A stretch of 64,000 nucleotides of DNA from a virus. The stretch is taken from positions 1 to 64,000 of IMG/VR virus record IMGVR_UViG_3300037875_000559. One strand, given 5' to 3'. Shown in pieces: positions 56,841 through 64,000 of the stretch (the stretch's first letter is position 1; the number at the start of each line of letters is the position of its first letter). The notes beneath the pieces are model-generated. The model saw nothing but the letters and a program-made list of their open reading frames with translations, was not told where the DNA came from and ran no database searches. Position numbers and translations under genes: made by a program.

Positions 56841-57363
56841 AGAAAGAAATAATGCATCTGCAAAAAGAGTAGCGGAGAAGTTTTCTTCTTCGATTAAGAA
56901 TAAAAACTTCACTCTTCCAATACAATACGAAAAGGATTTAACAGTAAGTCCTTTTGGGATTAGTCTTGTTTTAAATTTGCAGTATGAGGGTGGAGATGTA
57001 GGGTTTATCTCAGGCTATATAGATCCGATAAAACAGACTGGTGTCTCTGCATATCAGTGTGCTTCAGATATTCGGAGTTTGTCCCAACAACACCCCTCTG
57101 TTAATACCAAGAAAGGTGAGATTAGGCTTGTTGCGGTCGGTCAGTCTGAACTATACAAACCATATAGAGGTGTGGGTTTAGGGGTTCAGATGTACACAGA
57201 ATTCCTCCGCTCTGTTTGGGACAAGGTTAGAAAGCCTTTCATATTTATTCCAGATGCTTGTGATGTAGGTAGGACTTCAGACGACGCAAGAAGGGTTTGG
57301 AAGTCTTTAGCTAGAAATAAACCCTCTTCTAATCTTTGTATTACGATCTTGAACCGACCATAA
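56827..57363 (+). CDS. GNAT-like acetyltransferase, paralogue B, with leader SAKRVAEKFSS
   Basis: YRGVGLGVQMY, PFIFIPDAC..GRTSDDARRVWKSL; start reassigned to ATG 56827 (SD GGTGGAG). Confidence 0.65.
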   Translation: MGLFKERNNASAKRVAEKFSSSIKNKNFTLPIQYEKDLTVSPFGISLVLNLQYEGGDVGFISGYIDPIKQTGVSAYQCASDIRSLSQQHPSVNTKKGEIRLVAVGQSELYKPYRGVGLGVQMYTEFLRSVWDKVRKPFIFIPDACDVGRTSDDARRVWKSLARNKPSSNLCITILNRP

Positions 57364-57375
57364 GGAGAAATAGGA

Positions 57376-58731
57376 ATGCCTAAGTACAATTTAAATTTAG
57401 TACAACAAAGAGAGCAAGCCCGTCATGTTACTCAAGCTCTAAGTGCATATACTCGTTTAGCTAGAGAAGTTGTGAGTATGGGTGCTTCAGCGAAAGCAGA
57501 CTCTAATCCAAAAAGAAGATTTACACAGCTTGCTAGATCCTCTTCAAAGGTGTCTGCTTTTTTAGATGCTTTTATAGGGCAACCTACAGACTATTCTGTG
57601 GCATATAGTTTTCGTGAGAAATGTATATATGCTCTTAGAGATCAGCTCTTAGGTTTAAAAACACAGGCTGAAGCCGAAGAAATAATTACTAAGAATGCAG
57701 AGAAGTCCTACATACAAATGTCTGTCTCTTCTGCTCAGAAGAACTTGAGAGGTCTTTTACCACCTGAAATAAAGGCGTTCTTACCTGAGAACATTGTGAT
57801 TGAGACTGACGATGACGGGTCTATTACAAGTATGACGGATGTTTTTGGTAATGAGAAAGACGACCTTCAAACTAAAGTCAATTTAGTTCGTAAAATTGTG
57901 ACTGATTACAATAAGATTGTGAAACAGGTGAAGAAAGATCTAGCTTCAAAGAATGAGCGTACTAAGTTCAAGGCAATAGTGACTTCTATTCTTATGGAAA
58001 CAGGAATCCGACCTGGACGAGAAGGAAATGCGTCTAAAGTAGCAGGGGTGCTAATAGAGACATTCGGGGCTGTAACTTTAGCTCCCGAACACATTACTTT
58101 TGTAAAAAGTAACCTTGCTGAGTTGAAGTTCGTGGGGAAGGCAGGGACTGTGAATGTTGCGTCTCTTTCAGATAATGCTGTGATTAGAGAACTCAAAAAC
58201 TACGCATTAAAAGCTTTAAAAGGTAAATTGAAGCGTGTTTTTGTAGATAGAAATGGTATTTCACTATCTCATGTAGAGATAAACTACTATTTCCAAGAAT
58301 ACTTTGGGTCTATCCGACCTTCTGACTTGAGAAAATATAAAGCTACAGAGCAGATGTTTGAAGCATTGAAAGAAGAGCAACAGAAGTTACAGGCGAATAT
58401 CTTAAAATTCGTAGATGAAGAGGCTGAAGACTTAAAAGAGCGAGTTCTGTCCGAAATAGTGAACACTTTGAATCTTGCAGTCGAGCGAGCGAAATCGTCT
58501 CTGAGTCATTTATCAGGAGCAGATACCGTTGGGTATTATATTAATCCCGATGTCGTCTTGTCTTTTCTCTCACAAGGATTTGTTGACGCAGACTTGAAGA
58601 GTGCGATCATTAAGAATGACCGTACTCTTTCTTTTGATGTGGATGTTTTTGTACAGCATGCACTTTCTAAGAGAGGTTCTTCTTCTCACAATCTGCTTTC
58701 TATTTTCACAGAAATCGAAAATATGTTTTAA
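57376..58731 (+). CDS. Type IB DNA topoisomerase with N-terminal extension
   Basis: Catalytic pentad pattern GIRPG / FVGKAG / DLRKY / LSH / GYYINP. Confidence 0.85.
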   Translation: MPKYNLNLVQQREQARHVTQALSAYTRLAREVVSMGASAKADSNPKRRFTQLARSSSKVSAFLDAFIGQPTDYSVAYSFREKCIYALRDQLLGLKTQAEAEEIITKNAEKSYIQMSVSSAQKNLRGLLPPEIKAFLPENIVIETDDDGSITSMTDVFGNEKDDLQTKVNLVRKIVTDYNKIVKQVKKDLASKNERTKFKAIVTSILMETGIRPGREGNASKVAGVLIETFGAVTLAPEHITFVKSNLAELKFVGKAGTVNVASLSDNAVIRELKNYALKALKGKLKRVFVDRNGISLSHVEINYYFQEYFGSIRPSDLRKYKATEQMFEALKEEQQKLQANILKFVDEEAEDLKERVLSEIVNTLNLAVERAKSSLSHLSGADTVGYYINPDVVLSFLSQGFVDADLKSAIIKNDRTLSFDVDVFVQHALSKRGSSSHNLLSIFTEIENMF

Positions 58732-58774
58732 TCTTCGGTATGCTCCTTTATACAAAGACGAAGGAGGTGTTGTT

Positions 58775-58915
58775 TTGAAGCTGTCTGTTTTTTATTTAGT
58801 TCTGATTCTTATCTTTATTTCTGTTCTCTCTTTTGATGCCGGTTCTGAAACTAGCCAACCCCAAGAAATTCTTGAGGGTTCTGAGGATTACGAAGACTAT
58901 GGGTGTTTTAAATGA
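58775..58915 (+). CDS. 46-aa signal-peptide/TM peptide with acidic tail
   Basis: Strong SD AAGGAGG before TTG 58775. Confidence 0.5.
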   Translation: MKLSVFYLVLILIFISVLSFDAGSETSQPQEILEGSEDYEDYGCFK

Positions 58916-59514
58916 AAGATAAAAACGATTTTGGTGGTGGAAATAAAAACTCTTTGTACATACCTATGTCAGAGATAGAGCAAGAGTTCATACAAAGGTT
59001 AGTTGAAACACAGAGCTTTAGACTTGTTATCCATGATTGGGGCTATGTGGAAGAGCCAAGAGTGACCTTTGGAGATAAGAATCTTCATGTGTTCTTTAAA
59101 CTGTGTTTTGATCGTCCTGAGAACCCAATGCCTGTACATTATTTTGATTTGGAACTTCAGACAAGATCGGGTGTGACTCTCTCCAAGCAAAGGATGAACA
59201 CTGAATATGGAGGACAGCCTATTTTAGTGAAACAAGGTCTTGATCTTGATATGGTTTGGGATATAGCGATCAAACACATAGATCCTAAACTCTTAAAGTC
59301 TCTTATGCCTTCTGTTACAGGGCTTACTTCAAGACTTCAGGATAGAGATAACCATGAGTTTACAGTTTTCGGTAATATGCGATTAAACAGAGACTTGAAA
59401 GATAAGGCTCTTAAATTAAACCAAGCAGAGAAGAACTTGAAAAGTGTTGAGGCTCAGATCAGAGCAGATGCAAGAAAGAACCCTAGAAATATGTTTGAAA
59501 AAGTTGAGGATTAA
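58912..59514 (+). CDS. Hypothetical protein
   Basis: 200-aa ORF. Confidence 0.65.
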   Translation: MKDKNDFGGGNKNSLYIPMSEIEQEFIQRLVETQSFRLVIHDWGYVEEPRVTFGDKNLHVFFKLCFDRPENPMPVHYFDLELQTRSGVTLSKQRMNTEYGGQPILVKQGLDLDMVWDIAIKHIDPKLLKSLMPSVTGLTSRLQDRDNHEFTVFGNMRLNRDLKDKALKLNQAEKNLKSVEAQIRADARKNPRNMFEKVED

Positions 59515-59786
59515 GCTACTTCAAAAGAATGGTCTTTTTCCTTCTCTAAGAGAATACGGATGTCTGACATTATGCAGTACACTGCTTCAGACTTTCTCTT
59601 GTGTAAGTAAAAGCTAGGTATCCACCATTTATCGTATCTCTGATCTCCTTGCTCTACTATCTGTGTTAAAAACCCTATGTATTTCTCTTTTCTCTTTTCA
59701 TCTTCCAACCCGAAGATCATTATTTTTGTGGTGTGTAAGATAATAAAATATCTTGTCTTGTATTTTTTGTTCAGATTTTTAATCAT
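59511..59786 (-). CDS. Hypothetical protein
   Basis: Overlapping minus-strand operon. Confidence 0.5.
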   Translation of the reverse strand: MIKNLNKKYKTRYFIILHTTKIMIFGLEDEKRKEKYIGFLTQIVEQGDQRYDKWWIPSFYLHKRKSEAVYCIMSDIRILLEKEKDHSFEVA

Positions 59787-60201
59787 TCGATACTCTCACA
59801 AGGTTATAATTCTCTCTCCAAGCAGAGATTATTATATAGTTTAATGTAGAATTTTCGATTGAAAAACAATCTGGCATTTTTTTATGGTCTATCTTGCAAT
59901 AACTCTTATGAAAAGAAGCACACTCTTTAGAAGACGCACATATTTTATTTACAGGAGCTAGTTTTAAGCATCCTTTTGGATCTCTCACTTCCCTCATTAG
60001 AGGTGTGGTATCTCCATGTATTGCTCTGTCTAAAAGACTTTCAGAAATAAGAGGAATGAGGTTTTCCCATTCTGATCCCTCTAGCTCCTTAAACACCCCC
60101 CAAGGGTCTTCGTTTACGGGCATTATTCTAGCTATTTTTGGGTTTGACCATATTTTGTCTTTGAGGGTCATAAATACTATCCCGTCTCTTTTGTAAATCA
60201 A
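59779..60201 (-). CDS. Hypothetical Cys-rich protein
   Basis: Five Cys near the C-terminus. Confidence 0.55.
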   Translation of the reverse strand: MIYKRDGIVFMTLKDKIWSNPKIARIMPVNEDPWGVFKELEGSEWENLIPLISESLLDRAIHGDTTPLMREVRDPKGCLKLAPVNKICASSKECASFHKSYCKIDHKKMPDCFSIENSTLNYIIISAWRENYNLVRVSND

Positions 60202-60515
60202 TGGACTTCTCCTTTCCTTTTTTCAATGTCTCCTAGTATTTTTTCTACTACCTCATCGTTCATTGTTTCTTCAGAACTTAAATACTCAACCACCTCTTCT
60301 GAAGCAGACCCTATCAGAGCTAGTATTTCTCTCCGTTGCCCCTCCTCTTCAGAGTGTACTATTACTTTTAAGTGTGGAAAATAGTATTCTATTCCAAGTT
60401 TCATCCCTATATTTATCCAAATTCGGATTAGCTCCTCTGAAGTTTCTGCTTCAGAAGTTAATGCCGATATCGTTCTATCGAATAAACTCTTAAGTTCTTC
60501 GTTTGTAAAATCCAT
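60198..60515 (-). CDS. Hypothetical acidic protein
   Basis: SD GAGG. Confidence 0.55.
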   Translation of the reverse strand: MDFTNEELKSLFDRTISALTSEAETSEELIRIWINIGMKLGIEYYFPHLKVIVHSEEEGQRREILALIGSASEEVVEYLSSEETMNDEVVEKILGDIEKRKGEVH

Positions 60516-60526
60516 GTTTTTTTACC

Positions 60527-61051
60527 TCAAGGTATTTTCTTTAAAAGCGTATACCAATGTTTAGACGATTGAAGATCTAATGATTTTATCAAGTCGAATG
60601 CTTCCCATAGTTTGATTGCAGTCGAGAGTTCTATTTCTCTCTTTGTCGTTTTGTCTTTTAATATCTGATGTGTTCTTTTAGCGAGGTTTTCTATTTCTAT
60701 TGTGTTTGGGTTTTTGTCCGTATTTTCTTCAACATAGAGATCTTTCTTTCTCGTCTGAACCCAACCACTCAAGCCATACTTCTTCTCTAAGAGAGTGCAG
60801 GATTCAGAAAAAGAGAGACCTTCTTTTTCTAATACTGTTGAAATTGCATCTCTACTTTTCCCACAAGCAAAACAAAACCAACTGCTTGTTTGAGGGTAAA
60901 CTCTAGCGGAAGGTGCATTGTCCTGCCCATCTCCATGCAGATCGCACCTAAACTGTTGCTCTCCTCCTCCTTCATAAACATCGTACCCATACCCTTGAAG
61001 TACGGACTCTATGCTTATTTCTTCTTTGATTCTATCTGCTCTTTTGTTCAT
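60527..61051 (-). CDS. CHC2 primase zinc-binding domain protein (stand-alone)
   Basis: RCDLHG...PSARVY...WFCFACG..DAI...EGLSF. Confidence 0.85.
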   Translation of the reverse strand: MNKRADRIKEEISIESVLQGYGYDVYEGGGEQQFRCDLHGDGQDNAPSARVYPQTSSWFCFACGKSRDAISTVLEKEGLSFSESCTLLEKKYGLSGWVQTRKKDLYVEENTDKNPNTIEIENLAKRTHQILKDKTTKREIELSTAIKLWEAFDLIKSLDLQSSKHWYTLLKKIP

Positions 61052-61120
61052 TTCTACTTCCTTTGTTTTTCTTTTATCTCTCTATATCGTTACTAAGAGA
61101 AGAAAAGATGGAGATTAATT

Positions 61121-61639
61121 ATGAAGTCTGTAGAGTCTTACACTTATGATGGAGTGTTACAGTATGAAGAGTACTCTAGGGGTCTAGATGTTGGTGTTAC
61201 ACTATACGCTAATGATAGTGAAATAGGCTACATTCGGGGGCAGAAACTCAATTATAATAACTTTGAGAGCTTACAAAAAGCTAAGACTTGCTACAAGGAT
61301 GTTATCCATCTTGCAGGTCTGGGTGGGAAATCTGTGTGCGATACGGTAAAAGGTACTTCTTGCCTTTTACCTAGAGTTTTTATGATTACAGATGTAGAAT
61401 TAGAGAGTTATGACGACCAAGGAGTGAAGCTTAGAGGTCTTGGTCTTGGTAAGATTCTCTATGAGGTTATTTTTACAGAGTTTTTTGAGGAGAATGGGGA
61501 TTTCATTGCAGTTCCAATGAAATGTATTTTCGGAAGAGATAATACTTCTCCTGACGCACAAAGAGTGTGGGACTCTCTTGCTAGAAATCTGGAATCTTCT
61601 TCGGATCTAGTTCTTGTAGATAGGGCTTTGCACTTTTAG
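61121..61639 (+). CDS. GNAT-like acetyltransferase, paralogue C (no leader)
   Basis: LRGLGLGKILY, FIAVPMKC...NTSPDAQRVWDSL. Confidence 0.65.
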   Translation: MKSVESYTYDGVLQYEEYSRGLDVGVTLYANDSEIGYIRGQKLNYNNFESLQKAKTCYKDVIHLAGLGGKSVCDTVKGTSCLLPRVFMITDVELESYDDQGVKLRGLGLGKILYEVIFTEFFEENGDFIAVPMKCIFGRDNTSPDAQRVWDSLARNLESSSDLVLVDRALHF

Positions 61640-61980
61640 TCTTTCTCCCACCAATCGTCAAAACTGCCAAAAGGGATAAGGTCGTATATTTCTACAGGTA
61701 TGCTACCAACACAATCATAGCTGAACCACTCACCACTCCCTCTCCACCTTTTAAGTGTCTCATGAAGTTCCTTTTCTCTCCACCCTAATCCTTCCAAAGA
61801 TATAATTATTTTCAGAGTGTTAGGGTTACCTGTTTGTAAGTTCTTCAACCTTTTCTGAGGGTGCTTAGACCTGCCTATCTTTATTTCTCCTGTCTTTGAT
61901 GATTGTATGAAATAAAGACAGTCGCCTTTTCTTTTCAGTTTGCTTTTTTTGTAACTAACTATTAGATCATCGTAGTTCAT
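61636..61980 (-). CDS. T5orf172/MUG113-type GIY-YIG protein
   Basis: LYFIQ...IKIGRS..P.KRLKNLQTGNP...EKELH...GEWF. Confidence 0.85.
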   Translation of the reverse strand: MNYDDLIVSYKKSKLKRKGDCLYFIQSSKTGEIKIGRSKHPQKRLKNLQTGNPNTLKIIISLEGLGWREKELHETLKRWRGSGEWFSYDCVGSIPVEIYDLIPFGSFDDWWEKD

Positions 61981-61982
61981 TC

Positions 61983-63134
61983 TTATACTCCAAAGAAGTT
62001 GTCTTGTTTTTTGGAACGGTCTTCTTGTCCTTTTAAAAGTCTAGTCCCATCTCCAATATATTCGTGAGAATAGCAGAGTCGATCAGCATGGGCTTCATAG
62101 TCAAAGCTTGTGTAAGCACCACGCTTTTTGGAGTTATTAGAACCCATTCCTTGATAACTGTTCTTTCTACTCACTTTATTCATGCTTGTTGGCTTCCATA
62201 TTTCAGAGTTATTTCTATGTTCCCCTAGCTTTGGGTGAGCTGTTTTAGAGAAATAACGGCAACCCCTATCATAAAACATCTTTGCTACTGCATTTGAGAG
62301 CTTAGATCCTAGTCCCATCCCTTGAAAATCTGGTAAGATCACAGTCCTATGCTCTCTCCAAGCATTTCTCAAATCTCTGCTAGGGAAAGGGATAGCCGAT
62401 CCAAACCCACAAATCGTGTCATGCTCATTAACAAGCAACCAACAGTGAGCCGACTTATTTATTTCAGAGCTTAAATAGTGATGGTCGCAGAAGACTGACC
62501 ACGCTTCGGTCGAGCAAGGTAGGACTCTAAAATCTGAAGAGAGCCTTTCCGACCTCCCTTCTACGAGCCGTCTCGTTAACGTGTTAGCCACCCAATCAGG
62601 CTCTAACCAATTAATAACATCTTCGTGACAGGTGGCAATGACTACATTTCTATAGCCATAGTGGTCTATTACGTTTCTTACACCTACAGAAATAGAGTGA
62701 GCTAAGTCTCTATTACACACAGATGTAAACTCATCTATCACACAGCCGTCTTTCAGACTTATGGCTATCTCCGCTCTGTGTTTTTCTCCTGTAGAGAGGA
62801 CATGGTAAGGTCTGCAAAGAGAGGGTATGGAAGATAATCCTATTTTCATAAGTAGATTGGGTTCTACTTGTGAAGCTATAGCTAAGTTCCCCTTCCAAAC
62901 TATTTCTTTCACCCCTCCCATTTCTTTAAGGAGAGTTGATTTACCGCTTCCACTAGGGCCGAAAATAACTCCAAGTGAGAAATCTTGAGGTACTTTAAAA
63001 GTAGGTACTGTGAAAGAGCTTTCTCCATTAAACCTATAGTCTGAAACTTCGGCTACTCTCTGAATGGTAGGTTCTAGGTCTACTTTTGAGGTGAGGGTTT
63101 GCCCTCCTATTTTTCTATAATTAAATAAGTCCAA
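61983..63134 (-). CDS. ABC-type ATPase fused to a GNAT acetyltransferase
   Basis: GPSGSGKST, LSTGEK, VIDEF, ATCH; then HHYL...RTVILPDFQGMGLG...KTAHP. Confidence 0.8.
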   Translation of the reverse strand: MDLFNYRKIGGQTLTSKVDLEPTIQRVAEVSDYRFNGESSFTVPTFKVPQDFSLGVIFGPSGSGKSTLLKEMGGVKEIVWKGNLAIASQVEPNLLMKIGLSSIPSLCRPYHVLSTGEKHRAEIAISLKDGCVIDEFTSVCNRDLAHSISVGVRNVIDHYGYRNVVIATCHEDVINWLEPDWVANTLTRRLVEGRSERLSSDFRVLPCSTEAWSVFCDHHYLSSEINKSAHCWLLVNEHDTICGFGSAIPFPSRDLRNAWREHRTVILPDFQGMGLGSKLSNAVAKMFYDRGCRYFSKTAHPKLGEHRNNSEIWKPTSMNKVSRKNSYQGMGSNNSKKRGAYTSFDYEAHADRLCYSHEYIGDGTRLLKGQEDRSKKQDNFFGV

Positions 63135-63136
63135 TT

Positions 63137-64000
63137 TTAAACTCCAAAAAAGTTCTCAGTTTTATATTTAGGTTCAGGAGCTACACCTTTACTCCAAATC
63201 CAAATTGGTTCGCCAAAAGGCTTTGTTGTTTTTTGCCCCCCACGCTGATAAAGCTCGTAGCCGATTACACCTTCGTAATGAGCGTTAAGATTTTCCATAT
63301 GTTTGAGCATCGGCTCACATAGGTTTATGTTTTTTTTGTCGTTGATATTAATACACATACGACCACCTTCAGATAAATGCTTCCAACACTTTGTTAGGGT
63401 TGGAAATAGAAAACCCTCTAGCCATTTTTCAGGTGTCGTGTATCGCTTCCAACTTTGTGTCTCTTCTTCACTATATCGTTCAATGTTGAAATAAGGAGGA
63501 GAGGTAAATACAAAATCAAACTCTCTCTCTCCAAGATCAACATCTTCAGCAGGAGAACAGATAAACTCTGTTTTCTTTTTTGTGTTACAGAAATCAGAAA
63601 TAGCTTCATATTTCTCATGGAGTTTAGTGTTTGGATCTATGCCTACATAAGAAATAGCGTTTGAAGCATGGAAGCCTACGAGCCGATCTCCCCATCCTGC
63701 TGAGAAATCGAGAACATTCTTAGCATCAAAGAACTCGTATATCCATTTCGCAACTACAGGTCTAAACTGTTGAGCCATATAAGAATGGCTCATGATAGCT
63801 CTCCTTAAAGTCTGGCTGTTTATGCCACCTCTAGTGTAAGGTTCATCGCTTCTAAACCCAAAGAACCCTCTGAGGAAGTTGTTTTTCTTATCTGAGTTCT
63901 CCCACTCATATATAGGAGACTTACTTGAATGATAACCACAGCCCATTCTTATTATTTGTGTGAATTGATCTGAGACTGTCTTGCCTCTGTTATTTCCAAA
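63137..64000 (-). CDS. Amino-type (N4C/N6A) DNA methyltransferase, 5'-truncated by the window edge
   Basis: LDFSAGWGDR (motif I), GIDPN, FTSPPYF (motif IV); frame stays open to 64000. Confidence 0.85.
   Translation of the reverse strand, partial: FGNNRGKTVSDQFTQIIRMGCGYHSSKSPIYEWENSDKKNNFLRGFFGFRSDEPYTRGGINSQTLRRAIMSHSYMAQQFRPVVAKWIYEFFDAKNVLDFSAGWGDRLVGFHASNAISYVGIDPNTKLHEKYEAISDFCNTKKKTEFICSPAEDVDLGEREFDFVFTSPPYFNIERYSEEETQSWKRYTTPEKWLEGFLFPTLTKCWKHLSEGGRMCININDKKNINLCEPMLKHMENLNAHYEGVIGYELYQRGGQKTTKPFGEPIWIWSKGVAPEPKYKTENFFGV

Noticed and set aside
21941-58731. Eukaryotic giant-virus origin suggested by the SLX1-like nuclease and TopIB
   Set aside because: Sheath, tube, tape measure, baseplate, SD sequences, sigma factor and PolA identify a tailed bacteriophage.
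61983-63134. ABC transporter
   Set aside because: No transmembrane partner, and the ATPase is fused to a GNAT domain.
1-64000. Stop-codon reassignment, as seen in some large phages
   Set aside because: Genes are full length in the standard code, and TAA, TAG and TGA all act as stops at sensible domain ends.
1-64000. tRNA, rRNA, integrase or transposase genes
   Set aside because: None recognised by eye, and intergenic gaps are short and AT-rich; tRNAscan-SE or Infernal would be needed to exclude RNA genes formally.

Overview
This is a 64 kb, AT-rich, densely coding segment of a large contractile-tailed phage (probably jumbo class), read in the standard genetic code. The virion genes are a 5'-truncated giant tail sheath, tube, two chaperones, a 1213-aa tape measure, two tube-initiator/baseplate paralogues, a hub, a spike, neck/head-completion genes and a triad of structural paralogues. 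The DNA and nucleotide genes are a family A DNA polymerase with Zn-ribbon inserts, a primase split into TOPRIM and CHC2 genes about 55 kb apart, a type IB topoisomerase, thymidine and deoxynucleoside kinases, two GIY-YIG nucleases, an SNase, a DNA methyltransferase, an ABC-ATPase/GNAT fusion, an Hc1-like protein and a sigma-70-like factor. Envelope genes (SLT muramidase, holin-like proteins, DUF481-like outer-membrane barrel, lipoprotein) point to a diderm host. The main hidden structure is a set of about a dozen scattered, unrelated proteins (Ntn hydrolase, 2H phosphoesterase, HAD phosphatase, WGR domain, GNATs, a C39 peptidase polyprotein) sharing a short basic helical leader or linker ending in [KR]-x-[AS]-[SG]. 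In the Ntn hydrolase this site lies immediately before the predicted catalytic Cys. I infer a capsid-targeting and protease-activated cargo system, partly co-regulated with structural genes by a recurrent upstream motif TAGTNNNTTTAT. All functional calls come from motif recognition by eye; no database searches were run.
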